Origin: a virus
Direction: 5' to 3' (one strand)
Length of the DNA stretch: 64,000 nucleotides
Virus record (IMG/VR): IMGVR_UViG_3300026484_000110
Shown piece after piece: positions 17,750 through 27,177 of this stretch (position 1 is the stretch's first letter; each line of letters begins with the position of its first letter). Under the pieces are notes generated by a model. That model was not told the origin of the DNA and made no database searches. It saw nothing but the letters and a program-made list of their open reading frames with translations. The position numbers were made by a program, and so were the translations under genes.

Positions 17750-19876
17750 TTAAGCTGCTCTGGTATATTTTTCTAACCTTTTCATTATTTTTAAATCTTT
17801 CAACATACTATCTAAGTTAAAATTCTTTACTATTCTAGTATCAATATCTTTTTCTAACAATTTAATTTTATTTATTATTCTAAGAGCTACTAATTCATTA
17901 TTTTCTTTTTTAAGTAAATCAAATAGTGCTGTTATCTTACGTTTTAATAATTCCTGTTTTCTAATATACTCTTTAGTTAAACCTGTTTTATTTATTAATT
18001 CAACGTCAGCTACATTCCTTAATACTCTATCTACATCTATACCGTACAAGTGTTTATTATTAGCATTAGTTAAAAACCAATATCCTAATAACCACGACAT
18101 TACCATATCGTCTTTTCCTGATTTAGTATGGTCTATTCTACCATTTCTAACTGTTAGAGATAATATTTGTTCTATAAGGATACTATCTCTTACCTTGTCA
18201 CCAGTATATTTAGCAGATGATTTAAAAATATTACCATATAATAAAGACCTACTAGTTTTACCAGCACCAGATGTAGCAAAACCAAAATACTTTTTCAATT
18301 CTGCAATTGTTTCCATGCTAGGTGATCTTTTACTTAATAGGTCTTTATATTTATCTTTATACTTATTAATATCATCATAGACCCAATTAAATATTTTTCT
18401 AAATGGATTAATATTTTTACTATGCATAATCCTTAGAATGTAATCTAACATAGCGATAGCAGATGATCTTCTCTCAGGTATAAATACCATGTTATCATAT
18501 TTTTCTAATAACGAAACAATAAAATCTGAAAATGTAATTAAATTAGTTTCGTTATATGTACCAGCAGCTACCACTTCGCCGGTGCTGGCTAATCTGATTA
18601 CTAATGCTATATCGTCATTACCTACTGCATCTGACGTATCTAAAGATAATATTAAAGAATCACTATGTAAAATTTCGCCTAGTCTTTGTTCAGTAACATA
18701 CCATCTAATAATATAACCATATTCAGTAATTTCTATCCTAGGATTTTTAATTTCGCTATTTTTAATAATCTCTAATAATTCTTTGTCTAATGGATGTTGT
18801 GTATTACCTGCTATCCATTTATTTAAATAATCACATTCTGCATCTTCACCATCTGCTAGCGCTGCCGCCATTCTTTCTTTCAACCATTCGTCCGTAAAAC
18901 CTAATTGTCTATGATTAAATTCTAATAAAATTAATTTCTGAGGACCTCTACAATTTTTATTTACTACTTCTTTTAATTCTTTTTGATCTTTTAAATCATA
19001 GAGTTCTTCTGTCCAACGCATTGCTGCTTTATAAACTTCATATGCAAATTTACCTTCCTTGGTATTTAATTTACCAGCAGTAGTAGTAAATATAGTACCA
19101 TAAGGTGCTCCTGCTCTTTCTGCAGCTTCTCTAGCTGCTGTAGTAGCCGCTAGTAATACCGGTAAAGTAATTTCTATATTAGGAATATATGCAAACTCAT
19201 CTATTTGCACAATTGGAGTGGTCATACCTCTACCTACGTTATCTGCTGCTTTAGGATCGTTTCTACCTACGTATAAATCTAAAATATTATTAAACAACTT
19301 AACAGTAATTCTCTCACTGTTTTTAATATCCTTTTTCGTCATAAACCGTACATATTCAGGTAGCACATTAATTATTTCTCTAATAGTCAATGATGTCTTA
19401 GCTCTGAGTTTATCATCTTTTGTTAAAACAGAAAGACTAGTATTTTGAGTACCTAAATCTAGTGCCCACGCTAATAATTCTCCAATAGATAAAGATTTAC
19501 CCGTCTGTCTAGGCTGTATGAGATAAGTCGTAATATGATTAAAAAATAGCCAAAATACCGCTATATTTGCCCTATTAGCCCTAAACGGCACATGGTCATT
19601 ACCGGCTACGGCTGGTACTCTAGCTACTTCTCTAATGTAATACCAAAAATTTATCTTACATTCTTCAGCTATCATTTGTTTAGTCTCTAAATCCAAATTG
19701 GGATCATGCGGATCTACATTTCTTAATAATGGATTATGTAAAGCTAACATAAATGCATGATTTTTAATTCCCATATATTTTAACAATCTAGCTAATCTTA
19801 AAAAACTCTCATTTCTAGTTTCCAAATGCACGATAGCGTTCGGGTATTTTTTCCAATCTTCATAAAACAATATCAT
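17750..19876 (-). CDS. terL: terminase large subunit (phiKZ gp25-like)
   Basis: Walker A PRQTGKS, Walker B VQIDEFAY, nuclease LDTSD and KDDMVMS; N-terminus MILFYEDW. Confidence 0.93.
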   Translation of the reverse strand: MILFYEDWKKYPNAIVHLETRNESFLRLARLLKYMGIKNHAFMLALHNPLLRNVDPHDPNLDLETKQMIAEECKINFWYYIREVARVPAVAGNDHVPFRANRANIAVFWLFFNHITTYLIQPRQTGKSLSIGELLAWALDLGTQNTSLSVLTKDDKLRAKTSLTIREIINVLPEYVRFMTKKDIKNSERITVKLFNNILDLYVGRNDPKAADNVGRGMTTPIVQIDEFAYIPNIEITLPVLLAATTAAREAAERAGAPYGTIFTTTAGKLNTKEGKFAYEVYKAAMRWTEELYDLKDQKELKEVVNKNCRGPQKLILLEFNHRQLGFTDEWLKERMAAALADGEDAECDYLNKWIAGNTQHPLDKELLEIIKNSEIKNPRIEITEYGYIIRWYVTEQRLGEILHSDSLILSLDTSDAVGNDDIALVIRLASTGEVVAAGTYNETNLITFSDFIVSLLEKYDNMVFIPERRSSAIAMLDYILRIMHSKNINPFRKIFNWVYDDINKYKDKYKDLLSKRSPSMETIAELKKYFGFATSGAGKTSRSLLYGNIFKSSAKYTGDKVRDSILIEQILSLTVRNGRIDHTKSGKDDMVMSWLLGYWFLTNANNKHLYGIDVDRVLRNVADVELINKTGLTKEYIRKQELLKRKITALFDLLKKENNELVALRIINKIKLLEKDIDTRIVKNFNLDSMLKDLKIMKRLEKYTRAA

Positions 19877-20050
19877 CTTCACCCTTTAAACAATATATTT
19901 CATGGAATGCGAGAAAAATAGAAAACACACTAGACAGGAACTTCCTGTCTAGATAACAAAAAATGTTCCTACAAATTATTGCTCGTGCGGAGGCCGTCAA
20001 TGTCTCAAAAAAAAAATAAATAAACCTATCCTCTAAAAAAGGAGTCCAAA

Positions 20051-20194
20051 ATGAATGTAAATTACTTCAAATCACGGGTGCTAAATCTTAACGTATATAA
20101 CACCCGTGTGGTGAAATTTGCAAACTTGATTTCATTAATTCTCAAAGGAGGTTATGTCCAAAAATTACTTAGCAATTCAAACCAAGGAGTCTAA
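20051..20194 (+). CDS. small ORF (47 aa) with consensus RBS
   Basis: AAAGGAGTCCAAAATG, the same RBS and spacer as at 13850. Confidence 0.35.
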   Translation: MNVNYFKSRVLNLNVYNTRVVKFANLISLILKGGYVQKLLSNSNQGV

Positions 20195-20306
20195 AATGCC
20201 CATCCAATTTCTCGCTGGCCAGCTAAATCTTTTTCAATCCCCAAACCCTGCAAGCTCTCAATGCGGCTACGTTGAATCTTTGTTCCCAGAATGCGTGCGT
20301 TGTTAA
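20154..20306 (+). CDS. small Cys-containing ORF (50 aa; alternative start 20196, 36 aa)
   Basis: Two in-frame ATGs, each with AAGGAG RBS; ends QCGYVESLFPECVRC. Confidence 0.35.
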   Translation: MSKNYLAIQTKESKMPIQFLAGQLNLFQSPNPASSQCGYVESLFPECVRC

Positions 20307-20710
20307 ACCCGACTACTTTGCGCTCTCTCCGAAACCATTTCTGGTTTCAAACTAATAGTCCCAAAAAAAGTTTAACAGATCGTAATTCATTCATCGTGAT
20401 CTACTAGCTGTGGTTTTTTGGTTCTTGCTTTCGATCTTTTTACGATCTGTCATAGTAATGTCATCGAAAAAAAGTTTGTGAAAAACTACAAATGTCAACC
20501 ACATGACAATCCAAACTCTTTTCTCAAAATTTCAAATTTCGAAATTTTGAAAAAAAAAACTGAACACCAAATTTTAGTTGCAAAAGAAAGAAAAGAAAAA
20601 AAGAACCAAAAAAAGAAAAGAAAGAAAAACTACAAGGTATATATATATAGCTAAAGCTATATATAATATTATCTACAAGGTGAGACAATATATACTCAAA
20701 TCTATACTTC

Positions 20711-20745
20711 GTAATATATATAAATATAAAATTTATATATATTAC
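20711..20745. promoter_or_regulatory. 15-bp inverted repeat forming two divergent early-promoter motifs
   Basis: GTAATATATATAAAT-ATAAA-ATTTATATATATTAC; TATATTAC on both strands. Confidence 0.55.
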
Positions 20746-20786
20746 TTCGTATATCTTTTCGTATATATTGTACTAACATTAATTAA

Positions 20787-21452
20787 TAGGGTTTTTCAAA
20801 AATGAACGATCTCAATATACATAACCTGTAAAAAAGATTGAAAAACCCTAAAACAAAACAACTGAGTATACCTGAGTAAAAATATTCCCTAATGGAGTGA
20901 GTTTTAAATTACTCACTCCTTAAAAGCATTTTACTCAGTTGTTTTGTAGTTAGATAATTCATTTTCCATTTCTTTCAAGCAAGCTTGAAAGTTTTAGTGA
21001 AAGAAATGGAAAATGAATTGAAAAGCTATTACTCTGAGAAATTACTTAGAAAGAAATTACCTTGATAGAGTTTTAAAGTAATAGCAAACAATCGTTTACA
21101 AACTTTTTTGAAGATACTATAACATGACAGAAATGTGATAAACGTAACAAAAAAATCAAAAACAACAAATTCATTTAGCATCATTTTTGTGTAGAACTAT
21201 GATAGCTTTGAAACAAACAAGTGTGACAAATTGTGAAAGCATTTTGAAACACCAAACAAAATTAATAGCATGTGGAAAAAGAATACAAAAACAAGGTAAA
21301 TAAAATCACATTTCTGTCATAAACACAGTATTTAGGTAGTATGTAGCGATAGACGAAAACTACTCAAGATTGGAGATAGTGAGTAATCTATCGCAATGAA
21401 ATTTAGTTAAAACATTCATATACGTCAATGTGGTCAAAATAGACCACATTGA
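20787..21452. repeat. contiguous array of long inverted repeats
   Basis: Perfect stems of 13, 16, 9, 22, 9, 16, 8 and 11 bp in succession; no long ORF. Confidence 0.85.
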
Positions 21453-21474
21453 TAATATTTGATTTTTTTTCATT

Positions 21475-21487
21475 TATATATTACTAA
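21475..21487 (+). promoter_or_regulatory. phage early promoter motif
   Basis: TATATATTACTAA; leader nearly identical to the one at 24850. Confidence 0.75.
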
Positions 21488-21520
21488 GATGTAAACAAAC
21501 TAATTAAAAAGGAGTTTAAT

Positions 21521-21982
21521 ATGGTAGCAACAAATACTGTGGAAAGAACAACAAAGTATTCTGTGGAACTTAAGGTATCCGATAAAAAGATAGTAACGGA
21601 AACAATCAGGTTATTACTACCTGATACTATATATGAAATTTTAAAGTATAAGTTTAATGGTTTACATCTTAAATTAAGGAATGTTTTAAATTTAAGTACA
21701 AACCAGGATTTAATAAGACAAATAAGAAAAATAGTAAATTCGATAATAATATTTGAAACATCTAAGAATGATGAAATTTACTTAGATACGGTTGTAGATA
21801 AAGGTAGTTATGAACATCACGTGGTCGTAGCATTGTTATGCGAAATCGGTACATGGTTGGAAGAAAGAGGTTTTGTGAGGATTATAAGATCTAAATATAA
21901 AAGTATTGAGTTGGATGAATTTGATGCAAACATTTTGATTACATTATTTAAAAAGGTATACGATAGAAATAATGAAAATTAA
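21521..21982 (+). CDS. hypothetical early protein (153 aa)
   Basis: RBS AAGGAG. Confidence 0.75.
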   Translation: MVATNTVERTTKYSVELKVSDKKIVTETIRLLLPDTIYEILKYKFNGLHLKLRNVLNLSTNQDLIRQIRKIVNSIIIFETSKNDEIYLDTVVDKGSYEHHVVVALLCEIGTWLEERGFVRIIRSKYKSIELDEFDANILITLFKKVYDRNNEN

Positions 21983-21993
21983 AGGAGACAAAT

Positions 21994-22326
21994 ATGGAGA
22001 AAAGAATATCCTATGGAGAATACCTAGTTTTAAAAGATAAAGGTTTGGTTGCAAAAGATGATTTATTAGAAAGGTTAAGGAAATTAGGGGATGATATTGA
22101 TATCGAGTACGCGTTAGGAAACGACTATGAAGCAGTACTACGTGTTGTTAAGGAATATACCGTTTTAACGGATAATGAAATTAATGATGTGTCCTTGTTA
22201 AACGTTGATGTAGTTGCTTATGTGCTGGCTGCTTTACAATACCATATAAGTGAAGGTGGTCTGGTAAATTGGACATATTACGTAATACCTCCGATATTTG
22301 CTGTAAACGTAGTACTAGAAGATTGA
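21994..22326 (+). CDS. hypothetical early protein (110 aa)
   Basis: RBS AAGGAG. Confidence 0.75.
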   Translation: MEKRISYGEYLVLKDKGLVAKDDLLERLRKLGDDIDIEYALGNDYEAVLRVVKEYTVLTDNEINDVSLLNVDVVAYVLAALQYHISEGGLVNWTYYVIPPIFAVNVVLED

Positions 22327-22351
22327 ATAAGTGTTTCCAATATAAATCATT

Positions 22352-22364
22352 TATATATTATTAA
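22352..22364 (+). promoter_or_regulatory. phage early promoter motif
   Basis: TATATATTATTAA followed by a hairpin with a GTAA loop. Confidence 0.7.
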
Positions 22365-22427
22365 GACAGACTAGTGGCGAGTAATCGCTGCTAGGAGTCT
22401 ATTTAAATCCAAACAAAGGAGTAGAGA

Positions 22428-22577
22428 ATGTTTGATTTTATTAAAGATATTGACTTAAAATGCGTAGTCGTGGGTGCTGTAGCTGGTTTAGTTACTGGTG
22501 GAGCTATATTGGTAGGTAAGAAATTATTGGACAAAGATGAGAATGACGGAAAAAAAGGAGGTAAAGATGAAAATTAA
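22428..22577 (+). CDS. small single-pass membrane protein (49 aa)
   Basis: AAGGAG RBS; CVVVGAVAGLVTGGAILVG segment; not in the ORF track. Confidence 0.7.
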   Translation: MFDFIKDIDLKCVVVGAVAGLVTGGAILVGKKLLDKDENDGKKGGKDEN

Positions 22578-22722
22578 AGACCTCCTAAAAACAGCTGCGG
22601 TGGTGGTCATTGCTGTACCGGCCGTTGTAGTAGCAGCTAAGTATGGAGAAGATATCTATGAATGGAGTAAGGACAAATTAGAGGATATCTTCTCCAAAAC
22701 AGAAGAAGTAGACATCGAATAA
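22567..22722 (+). CDS. small single-pass membrane protein (51 aa)
   Basis: AAGGAGG RBS before ATG22567; TAAVVVIAVPAVVVAA segment. Confidence 0.7.
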   Translation: MKIKDLLKTAAVVVIAVPAVVVAAKYGEDIYEWSKDKLEDIFSKTEEVDIE

Positions 22723-22776
22723 TTCCTGACTTCTTCTGTCTTTTTTTCTTATAATAAATAATATAAAGGATTAAGC

Positions 22777-23223
22777 ATGGAAAAAGAATATAAAAATAAA
22801 AATCTAATAATTAAATTTTTAGAGGATAAAGGTTTGTATAAAAATGAAGTAAAAGTATTGAAATTAACAGAGGTAAAAGAATATGCTGAGAATGTATTAG
22901 GTATTCATGATCCTGATGAGCAAATTACCAAGGATCTAAACGAAATCAGATTTTGTAGAACTGATTTTATTGTTTACTCATTTCTACATAATTTAGGAGA
23001 TGTTGGTTCAATGATAACTCGAGGTAAATGGGAGTACCTTTTTAATAATGTAGAATTTATTTTCCTAAACAAGAATACAAATAATGATGTCATCATTTTT
23101 ACAAATGATCCTGGATACTTAATTGGTAAAAATGGTGAGAATATAAAAAATGTAGCAAAATTTTTTAATTTAAAATTAAACAGAAAATTGAGGTACATAG
23201 TGAAAAAAGAAGATGAAGAATGA
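22777..23223 (+). CDS. protein with C-terminal KH RNA-binding domain
   Basis: NDPGYLIGKNGENIKNV (KH GxxG loop). Confidence 0.65.
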   Translation: MEKEYKNKNLIIKFLEDKGLYKNEVKVLKLTEVKEYAENVLGIHDPDEQITKDLNEIRFCRTDFIVYSFLHNLGDVGSMITRGKWEYLFNNVEFIFLNKNTNNDVIIFTNDPGYLIGKNGENIKNVAKFFNLKLNRKLRYIVKKEDEE

Positions 23224-23360
23224 AACAAAATTAATTTAAATAAAGAAAATGAAAAGATAGTTAAAGATGCTATCAGGATAAAATCCTGATAGTGTACTCT
23301 TTTTTATTTTTATATCATTAATACGAGATAGTCAGTGTTTTCTAAAATAAGGAGTTTGTA

Positions 23361-23933
23361 ATGGCAACTGGTATGGTGAATGACAGACTAATGGTCTATT
23401 GCATTAGAAGAAGTGATGTAATTGATTTGTTTGTAATGTATAATGGTCTATGGTGTGGTAAAACATATAGTAAAGATACACTAGGTGAATATTTATGGAA
23501 GGATTTTAGTTTTTTAATAGAGGGGGAGTTGATATTTTTAGGAGATTTTGAAATGTTAACAGAATTTCTATTTCCAAAATATATTAAAATTACTGAAGAT
23601 AATTTTGGAGATTACATAGATTTGAAAATTGGTTTAATAGGTAGTTTACTTAGAAGATATGGTTTAATACCTGATGAATATTTATCAATAATAAAAATCT
23701 ATAAAAACATTCTATATGTTTTAAAGGAAAGGAACAATGAGAACGATAAAAATAAAGCAGGAGCTATAAAAGAGTTTTTGTTGTGGTGGAAGACTAATAT
23801 GTGGTTAGAACCTTACGTAGAATCTGAAATAGGAATGTTGTTGTCTACTATATTAGTGTTTTTTAATATTGATGTAAACGGATATAGGATACTAAATACT
23901 AACAATGAAAGGAGTGATTATGACAATAGTTAG
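23361..23933 (+). CDS. hypothetical protein (190 aa)
   Basis: RBS AAGGAG; variant promoter TATATCATTAAT at 23311. Confidence 0.75.
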   Translation: MATGMVNDRLMVYCIRRSDVIDLFVMYNGLWCGKTYSKDTLGEYLWKDFSFLIEGELIFLGDFEMLTEFLFPKYIKITEDNFGDYIDLKIGLIGSLLRRYGLIPDEYLSIIKIYKNILYVLKERNNENDKNKAGAIKEFLLWWKTNMWLEPYVESEIGMLLSTILVFFNIDVNGYRILNTNNERSDYDNS

Positions 23934-24369
23934 TATAGTAAAAAGTATTCAAGATTTTCTAGGCATAACAGGATATAAGTTTGTCATAATAGATGACAAA
24001 TTGGTATCGGTAAACAAGTTTTTTAAGATAAAACATAAAGCTGGTGATATTTTCTTACAACTGTTAAGAGAACATTGTTTAGATAATATCGATAATAATT
24101 TAACCCGTATCTATTCTTTATGGAAAGAAGCAATATGTAATATTACGAAATACATAAAAATAGAAAATAGAGAATACATGATATTTGTTGGATATGATAT
24201 TGAAACACATTCAATTACTCTATCTATAAACAAAGATGAATTTGAGACACTTGATAGCGACATGATTAAAATTGCTAACATAATAGGTGTAGAAATATTA
24301 AAAATTCTTTTAGATTTTGAATTACAAGAAAAATATTTAAAAGGAGTGCAAAATGAGTATAATAGATAA
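23920..24369 (+). CDS. hypothetical protein
   Basis: AAGGAG RBS favours ATG23920. Confidence 0.7.
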   Translation: MTIVSIVKSIQDFLGITGYKFVIIDDKLVSVNKFFKIKHKAGDIFLQLLREHCLDNIDNNLTRIYSLWKEAICNITKYIKIENREYMIFVGYDIETHSITLSINKDEFETLDSDMIKIANIIGVEILKILLDFELQEKYLKGVQNEYNR

Positions 24370-24838
24370 ATGGTTAGGAGATAGACTAAATAAGGCTAAA
24401 AAGAATAGCTATCCCGATTTACATAGTTTACAAGACATTATAGACATAGATCCAAAGGATAATACACTGTTTATAAAGTATTATCATGGTGAAGTAGAAC
24501 CATTGACTACTATAAGACTTTTAGAGTTTTTTCTAAGACAAGCTGAGTTTAAATTTGTTGTTAAAGCATTAAGGAGTGGAGATATTAGGTATAGTAGTTT
24601 AATAGATGATATATTAAAAAGAGAAATATGCGGCATTACGTGGCATGAGGGTAAAAAGATCAAGGGTTGTTTTAGGGAATTGGAGAATGGGAATAAAATT
24701 CAATTTACTATAGAGTCTGACGAATATGGTTTAGTAGATAAAATTAAAATAATGAGAGAGTTATTACCTGTTGTAGGTGGTAGAATTTTAGAATTAGCTT
24801 ATGCTTACAAGAATGGGATAAAATTAGATAACATCTAA
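24353..24838 (+). CDS. hypothetical protein (161 aa)
   Basis: RBS AAGGAG; overlaps upstream stop. Confidence 0.75.
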   Translation: MSIIDKWLGDRLNKAKKNSYPDLHSLQDIIDIDPKDNTLFIKYYHGEVEPLTTIRLLEFFLRQAEFKFVVKALRSGDIRYSSLIDDILKREICGITWHEGKKIKGCFRELENGNKIQFTIESDEYGLVDKIKIMRELLPVVGGRILELAYAYKNGIKLDNI

Positions 24839-24849
24839 AGTATTTTATT

Positions 24850-24862
24850 TATATATTACTAA
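24850..24862 (+). promoter_or_regulatory. phage early promoter motif
   Basis: TATATATTACTAA. Confidence 0.75.
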
Positions 24863-24890
24863 GATGTAAATAAATTAATTAAAGGAGTCT

Positions 24891-25616
24891 ATGATGTTTG
24901 GACAACAATCATCTCTCAACAACAACAGTACATTCTTGCTATCAAGTTTCCCGGTTACAGAAAGCGGTTATTCGGTAGAGAAGAAATCACAGGTAAAAGC
25001 TATTATTGATAATTACAGCCTTGATACGTTTATTTCAATTCCTGGAGGTACCATATGGGTCCCAGGAGTAGAAATGGAAGTTATAAATATAGACAGTTTT
25101 CACGCCGATAATGAAACTGGTAAAATTAAGGAAATGAAATTTAGTGGTGAACCAAAAGTAGTTCTACTAGATGAATGGGAAGTAGCGGGCGTGAACGTAA
25201 CGTTGAATTATGAAATGACAAACTATATTATTAACAACCTAATATTTAGGGATGGTAAACTAGATTTTAACGGTGAAGGGATTGAAATCTTAGAATTAGC
25301 CGATGAGGATTTACAATTACTTTTACATAGTAATTTTATTAAGACTAGGTTAAAAGAAATGATAGATGAATTTGATTTTGATTTAGTAGAACTAAGGTTC
25401 GAAAAAAATGACAATTGCGATGTTATGGGTAGAGTTAAAGTAACTTATGATTATGATGGAAGAATCTATCACATGGTCTTTCCATTCACCATGCCTAAGT
25501 GGGGGTATGAAATAGTCATTTTAGATAATGAAGAAAAAATTTCTCCAAATAGTGCTGTGTTATTTAAAATATTTTTGAATACTCTTATAAAAAGAGAATT
25601 TAAAAACGGAGAATAG
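24891..25616 (+). CDS. hypothetical early protein (241 aa)
   Basis: RBS AAGGAG. Confidence 0.75.
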   Translation: MMFGQQSSLNNNSTFLLSSFPVTESGYSVEKKSQVKAIIDNYSLDTFISIPGGTIWVPGVEMEVINIDSFHADNETGKIKEMKFSGEPKVVLLDEWEVAGVNVTLNYEMTNYIINNLIFRDGKLDFNGEGIEILELADEDLQLLLHSNFIKTRLKEMIDEFDFDLVELRFEKNDNCDVMGRVKVTYDYDGRIYHMVFPFTMPKWGYEIVILDNEEKISPNSAVLFKIFLNTLIKREFKNGE

Positions 25617-25624
25617 GAAGACTC

Positions 25625-25939
25625 CTATCTCCTCTTTTTATTTTTCTTATTTTTATCTTTCCACTTTTTGACACACTCACAATCTTTACCAAGCTTTTTT
25701 CTAATACCAAAATTATTAGCAAATATAGCTCTTTTGTGTAAAACAGGATCATCAGTCTCCAATGCTTTACAAATACATTCACAAGTGACACCTTCAAAAC
25801 CTTGTTCTATACACCATTTTGTAAATGCTCCAGGATGTTTAATTTCTATTTTAGGTTTTTTATTTTTATCGTTTTCTTTTTTATTATTTTTAGGTTTGTT
25901 TTCTTCGAAACCTAAATATTTCGTTAATATGTTTTCCAT
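25625..25939 (-). CDS. small basic Cys-rich protein, probable head protein
   Basis: LGFE and QGFE candidate protease sites; KHPGAFTKWC; CxCxC. Confidence 0.55.
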   Translation of the reverse strand: MENILTKYLGFEENKPKNNKKENDKNKKPKIEIKHPGAFTKWCIEQGFEGVTCECICKALETDDPVLHKRAIFANNFGIRKKLGKDCECVKKWKDKNKKNKKRR

Positions 25940-25951
25940 TGTTGTCTCCTT

Positions 25952-27169
25952 TTAGTTTTGTTTTAACATTCTTAAAAACATATAAATTACAATTATTATA
26001 ATCAATGAACTTATGACCCAAGACGTTTTCACAGTCATGCATTTTCTTAATACTTTCTTAAAATATTTTTTAACTGTATCCATATCCTTATTTTTTACTT
26101 TACTACTACTCCAGTAATTTCTTAACAACACTAGTGCATTAGGTATATTAGCTCTATTCGATATACTTACATTCATTCTTTGTAAGTATTCCATGTTAAT
26201 AGATATTACTAATTCTATAATTTTAAACATATCTTTTGGTTTATTTATTTTCTCATTTGTTATACATTTTATAGCATCCTGAATATACTTTTCTTTTACA
26301 TTAGGAAATAAACTACTCACTACGTACAATAAGTTATTATCTAAAAAGTCATTAGGTTTATAAATGATATTTTTTAATATAGAAATGTAGACTGTTTCGT
26401 TAGTACGTTCACGTATCTGCTTTTCATTTTTTTCTCCACCTACATACGTAGTATCTTCTGTAGATATGGTAGTCTTATTTTTTACTACATCTACCAATAC
26501 TTTATAAATACTAACTAACATTGACCTTAATTTGGTTTGTGTATCTATAATTATTCTAACTGCATCTTCAGTAGTTAGTCTAAGTATTCTATTGTAAAAT
26601 TGTGATTTTTTATCTAAACACATTTTTACTCTATATAAAAATACATCTTGCCATGATTCAAGTTTTTTAATTAGGTATTTATGAGATAATTTTTCATATA
26701 CTGTTAATGCTGTGTTTTCATCTACAGCATACTTAAAGTACCAGCTATAAAGAGACGAAAACATTCTATACTGCATTATTAAACATGCTTCTTTTACTCC
26801 ATTATGTCTTTCATTTTCACTTAGTTCTTTATTATTTAAGAATCTATGCGCTGTATAAATTAATAACTGGTAAATTAGATTGCTAGCTACTTTCCATTTT
26901 TTATCTATTCCGTTTACTTTATATAAGTCTTCTTGTAACTTTTTTGGATCTTGTATATTGAAAATACTCAATAGGTTTTCATCGTCTATTGATGAAAATC
27001 TTATACTATGTACTCCAACAAGATTACTACCCAAAAATTCTATATATTCTTCATCTTTAGTGCTCCATTCTAATCTAAAATTTTTTAATTTATTTATTAA
27101 TGTCCTATCGAATTTTATATCTTTTAGATAATAGGAGAAAAAGGATTTTATGTCTTTATATTTTTCCAT
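25952..27169 (-). CDS. probable phiKZ-like virion structural protein (405 aa)
   Basis: FLGSNLVGVHSIRF and LSHKYLIKKLESW resemble a conserved jumbo-phage structural gene. Confidence 0.55.
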   Translation of the reverse strand: MEKYKDIKSFFSYYLKDIKFDRTLINKLKNFRLEWSTKDEEYIEFLGSNLVGVHSIRFSSIDDENLLSIFNIQDPKKLQEDLYKVNGIDKKWKVASNLIYQLLIYTAHRFLNNKELSENERHNGVKEACLIMQYRMFSSLYSWYFKYAVDENTALTVYEKLSHKYLIKKLESWQDVFLYRVKMCLDKKSQFYNRILRLTTEDAVRIIIDTQTKLRSMLVSIYKVLVDVVKNKTTISTEDTTYVGGEKNEKQIRERTNETVYISILKNIIYKPNDFLDNNLLYVVSSLFPNVKEKYIQDAIKCITNEKINKPKDMFKIIELVISINMEYLQRMNVSISNRANIPNALVLLRNYWSSSKVKNKDMDTVKKYFKKVLRKCMTVKTSWVISSLIIIIVIYMFLRMLKQN

Positions 27170-27177
27170 TTTGTATC

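Noticed and set aside
17750-19882. Intein or intron in terL (also checked uvsX)
   Set aside because: Lengths are ordinary, motifs are contiguous and no splicing signatures were seen.
20418-20805. Two K/Y/I-rich ORFs in the intergenic gap
   Set aside because: Translations of A-tracts and TA palindromes; no RBS.
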